This document shows, in pieces, positions 60,138-64,000 of a DNA stretch of 64,000 bases. The stretch spans positions 1,063,308-1,127,307 of the forward strand of contig MU061578.1 in NCBI GenBank assembly GCA_013265495.1, written 5' to 3'. Both the position numbers and the translations under genes were made by a program. Source of the DNA: Vicugna vicugna. Lineage: Eukaryota. Position 1 is the first letter of the stretch; the number at the start of each line of letters is the position of its first letter. Below the pieces are notes generated by a model, which was not told the origin of the DNA, did not search any database, and saw only the letters and a program-made list of their open reading frames with translations.

Positions 60138-60470
60138 TGTATTACTTTGCTGGGCTGCTATAGCAAGCTATCCCAGAATGGGTTCAGCAGGGCTGGTTTC
60201 CGGTAGGGACTCTGTCCTTGGCTTGCAGACAGCCACCTTCTTGCTATATCTTCACATGGTCTCCTGCCTGTGCCTCTGTGTGTGTTAAATCTCTTCTCAT
60301 AAGGACATCAGTCATATAGTATTAGGGCTCAACCTAATGACCTCATTCTACCTTAATTACCTCTTTAAAGACCCTATCTCCAAGTACAGTTGCATTCTCA
60401 GGCAATGGGAATTAGGAATTCAATATATGAATGGTGGTGGTGGTGATGGGGTGCAATTCAGGCCATAACA
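60138..60470 (-). mobile_element. MLT1B-like MaLR solo LTR
   Basis: gggctgctatagcaa...cttggcttgcagacagccaccttct...cctaatgacctcatt...ttaattacctctttaaagaccctatctccaa...aattcaggccataaca. Confidence 0.88.
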
Positions 60471-63400
60471 GATGGTGAGAGCATTGGTGACAATCTCATA
60501 CCATAGCTCCAGTAAGCTCCCTGCCTCCAAAATTCAAATTCCAGTGATAAATAGCAATCCTCAGTTTACCTGTAGCCACCTCACTCTCTCTTGCCTGTCT
60601 GCTGCAGAATTGGTGATGCCTGAAGTCCCAGCTTACTGGAGAGGATGACAGGTGCCAAATGTAGTAGACGACAGGCAAAATAAATTCCACTTACAAGAGA
60701 CCCCCAGATAGAGGTAACTGATGAGCGCCCCTAAGACTAAGACAGAGAGAGAGAAGTGGGTGGGGGGGGTGAGCTGCCTTGAAGCTGAACTCCCACCATG
60801 ACAGTTTCTCTCCTCTATGGCTCAGTCCCTTGAATAAAGGTAAGATGCTCTCTGATGACAGATGGTGCCCAGGGACAGATGGTGGCTGACTGCCCTCCAT
60901 CAGTGCAGGTTCTAGCACAAAACCACCTGAACTGGGTCCAACAGACACATTAGCCCTGGATGGCTTAGAAGCAACCGCTACACAGAAAACCCCAGGTCAC
61001 TCCTCAGTTGTTGGGCTCCGTTAAAAATAAAGATAAGAACTTTCTTCACTTCCAAGCATCTTCAGGCTGCAGAAACAGTTCTCAGCACTGCTTTGTTGTA
61101 AGACTTTATAGTGAGGGTTTTGCATTTCCTAGCAATATCACAAATAACCCACCTGGCCCCGGACCTGAATGGCTCTATTTCCATGTCATTACTTTTGGTA
61201 GCAAGATCGGTAATTAAATCAACTGCTTCACCATTCAAGCGATATTCACTGGCTCATCTGTTGTGTACCAGGCACTGTTAGGGGCCAATCTGGGTGTGTT
61301 TGATTGGGTTTTCAGAAAGTTTATGTTTTGGCTCTTTTATGCCATAGAGTTCCTCTCTGCCATTCGCGTGAATCTAACGTAAGCAGGAGTAAAGATTCTT
61401 GGAAGGGACAGTGGAGAAATAATGAAAAGCATGTTCCGTCTGGTCAGAAACATGCATGGTCGATCAACCTGAAGCTAGCAGAATGAAGGGGCAGAGCGTG
61501 GCCAGAGGAACCACCATAAGGCCTGGCTGATGATGCGATGTACGTGGAAATGGGCGGCTATGTGTGAGACAAAGGTAATGAAGATGCCATAAAACAAAAT
61601 GCAATGTAAACCTCTTGCTGATCAGGTAAGAAATGCCACTAAGATGGATGGGGTAATTTGAAGACTCTACAAAAGCACCTACACAGCTGTATGGTATTTC
61701 CATAAAGCCCTTGAAGTTGCTGGGATGAAGAATGAGATGATGATGAGTGGCAAAGGGCTAAATTGGCTGTAGAAGGCCACGGGGCCCCGGGTACTGTAAA
61801 TGGGACCAACACACAGAATGGGAAGGGACCATGGCACTAGGAAGAAACAATCTAAGTGTTTCAAGTCAACATGATTTCTCCTGCCTCCCCAATTTTTCTC
61901 AGATAAGGGTATCATTTGATTGTTTATAAAATCCCAGCCTAAAAAAAAAATTAAAAAAAGAGCTGCCTGTGTTCTAAAATGTGTCTGTGCTGAGATGCCC
62001 TCCTTCAGACTCTGCCACTGTGCATTTCTTCTTGGCCAGGAGCTGGGAATTCAGTTATGGGAAATCTCATAGTAAATATCATGGACATGTGTTTGTCACT
62101 TCGTAAATCCTCACTCTGTGCTTGACAGGACTCCAAGATCACCTTTTAAAGCTAATCTAGCTGAGGGAGAAGACAGCATTCTTAGCACTTCAACTCGAGT
62201 CCGATATGACTGGCAATAAAGTCTGCCTAAACCCACATGATTGTCAGAGGTAGGCAACTCGCGTTTGAGTGCTTGCAAGTTTCTTTCTCACCAAAAAATA
62301 CCTGCAAGCGAATATCTCATTTGCTAAAAATGCACTCAATGTACTTGTAAGGGGGTCTGTTGGCTTTATTTGATAATGCAAAGTCAGGCATATTACAGAC
62401 ACAGCACACAATCTCAAAACTCCTACCTACTCCCCACCCTTAACTTAGCCAGATTCTTGCAGTGTAAACACCAAACACAAAGACATCAATCCCTTCTAAA
62501 TCTATTTTACCTACAAAGTCTCCTTAGAATGACAATCAGTCTGTATCGGATGACTTACTCTGACAATAAATATTATGATACAGAGGGGATTTTTTTTTCC
62601 TACATTAGACTATAAGCAAACATGTACCTAAATCTGCTAAACGTGTTAGTCAGTTCCTGGTGTCAGTTCAACTGAAAGGAAACATTCTACTCTCATCTGG
62701 GTAGCCCTGCCACACCTGTGTTCAAAGGACATCTGCTGTTGACCCACCACGTTGACAGAATCATATAAGAAAGCCAGACAACCCTCCTGTATTCCACCAC
62801 AAGCACCGAGGAATGGGCTCGCCAGCGACTGCCTTGCTTTCGGGTGTGTAAGCAGAATGTTATTTGCTCTTCAATAGTTGCTATGCACAGTTCCCTTTGT
62901 GGTGAGGGTTCAATTCGCCTCCCAGAGATCCTCATTATGGTCCTATGCCCTTTTAAAAGACTCACGGGTCTCCTTTCCTTCCCTGTCTTTCTGCCCACCA
63001 CCAGAGACTGTAGGTCGGATGGCCAGGTTTGTGTCAATGCTGTTAATGACCAGAAAGGCTTGAAGATCCAGTTCTCCACATGTGTCACACACTGTAAACA
63101 CAGATGGCAGAGATACAAACATGGTGGGCAGAGACATACTATTACACGTTTTGCATTCACATTCGTAAGTTTTCATTCAATTGGAATTTTCCAAAATAGT
63201 CACCTGGCCAATCCTCATCTCCTTTACTATTTTCTCTGTCTCAGCCTGTGTCCTAATATCAGTGATACGGTGGCTAGAGGAAGCAGACGTAAAGGAAATG
63301 AAATGTTCCACGTGTAGTTTCTATCTCTACCTCATAAGAAAGTGGCATAATCCCCTTGCCCTCACACACACAAATACATACCACATTAGGAGGGTACAGG

Positions 63401-63619
63401 ATAAAGAGAGAAGTGCATTATTCTCCATATGAAAGGGAGAAGAGGGGTTTGCAGTTCTGGGGGCTGAAAGAGTGGGAGCCCAGGACAGTGGTGAGAAGCA
63501 GGGCAAATACGAGCTTTCCACGGAGCCACCGGAGTGAGAGGCTCTCCGTGCACATGCTATCATGTTACACACCCACAGTAAAGTCCACACCCAGCGGGGC
63601 CTCGGAAGCCCTACGTGGT

Positions 63620-64000
63620 ACCTCCCCACCTGTCTCTTCCTCCTCGTTCACATCTCTCTTGTCTTGCATGTCGCCCCCTTCCCCACCATCCACACCGCCT
63701 CCTTTATCTTTCTTGAGCACATTGACAAGCCTCTTTTGGCTTTAGGGCTCCGGATTTCTGTCCTTCCACTAAGAACTTTGCTCACCCTGACCTTCACATG
63801 GAGAGACACCTTCCCATCCTTCAGTTTCGGCCTGCAACTGTTCATAACTCCTTGACTATGTACCGTTATCTCTCAACATGGTAAGGACAACGTATTCACT
63901 GATATTACTTGTTTTGGGGGGTGTGGGGTGGGGGGCGTGGATCTCTGCCAGCACAACCCTGTACATTTCACAAGCAGAGGGACTTGGACATCTTGTTTAC
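63620..64000 (+). mobile_element. L2 3' region remnant
   Basis: ccacaccgcctcctttatctttcttgagcac...ttagggctcc...tttcacaagcagagggactt. Confidence 0.55.

Noticed and set aside
62693..63317. Overlapping antiparallel 155- and 157-aa ORFs
   Set aside because: No recognisable domain or convincing splice context; this length is attainable by chance in 64 kb. tBLASTn/PhyloCSF would settle it.
1..64000. Assignment to a named gene locus or a novel multi-gene system
   Set aside because: No exon or diagnostic sequence was recognised; naming a locus or system would be unsupported.

Overview
Non-coding mammalian genomic DNA, most likely camelid (alpaca/llama/camel), inferred from four copies of a tRNA-Ala-like Vic-1-type SINE. 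I found no credible protein-coding exon, rRNA, real tRNA gene, CRISPR array or CpG-island promoter. The listed ORFs are microsatellite translations, repeat remnants, N-gap read-throughs or chance frames. The window is a mosaic of old eutherian repeats (MIR, L2, L1M fragments, MLT1/MLT2 LTRs, hAT-Charlie MITEs, Tigger1 derivatives), simple repeats, one 479-N gap, and several repeat-free, homeodomain-motif-rich blocks that look like developmental enhancers in an intron or gene desert. I cannot name the host locus. I did not find a new biological system. The best observations are mutational or evolutionary: (1) a perfect 30-bp segment copied from an L1 remnant into a MER58B 2.7 kb away; (2) an 18-nt SINE tail motif matching MLT1A, with one SINE inserted at that very motif of an MLT1A; (3) a 154-bp-period tandem duplication whose junction traces into a polypyrimidine tract; (4) signs that the N gap is an artefact. 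Repeat subfamily names come from my recollection of consensus sequences, and the boundaries of old repeats are approximate.
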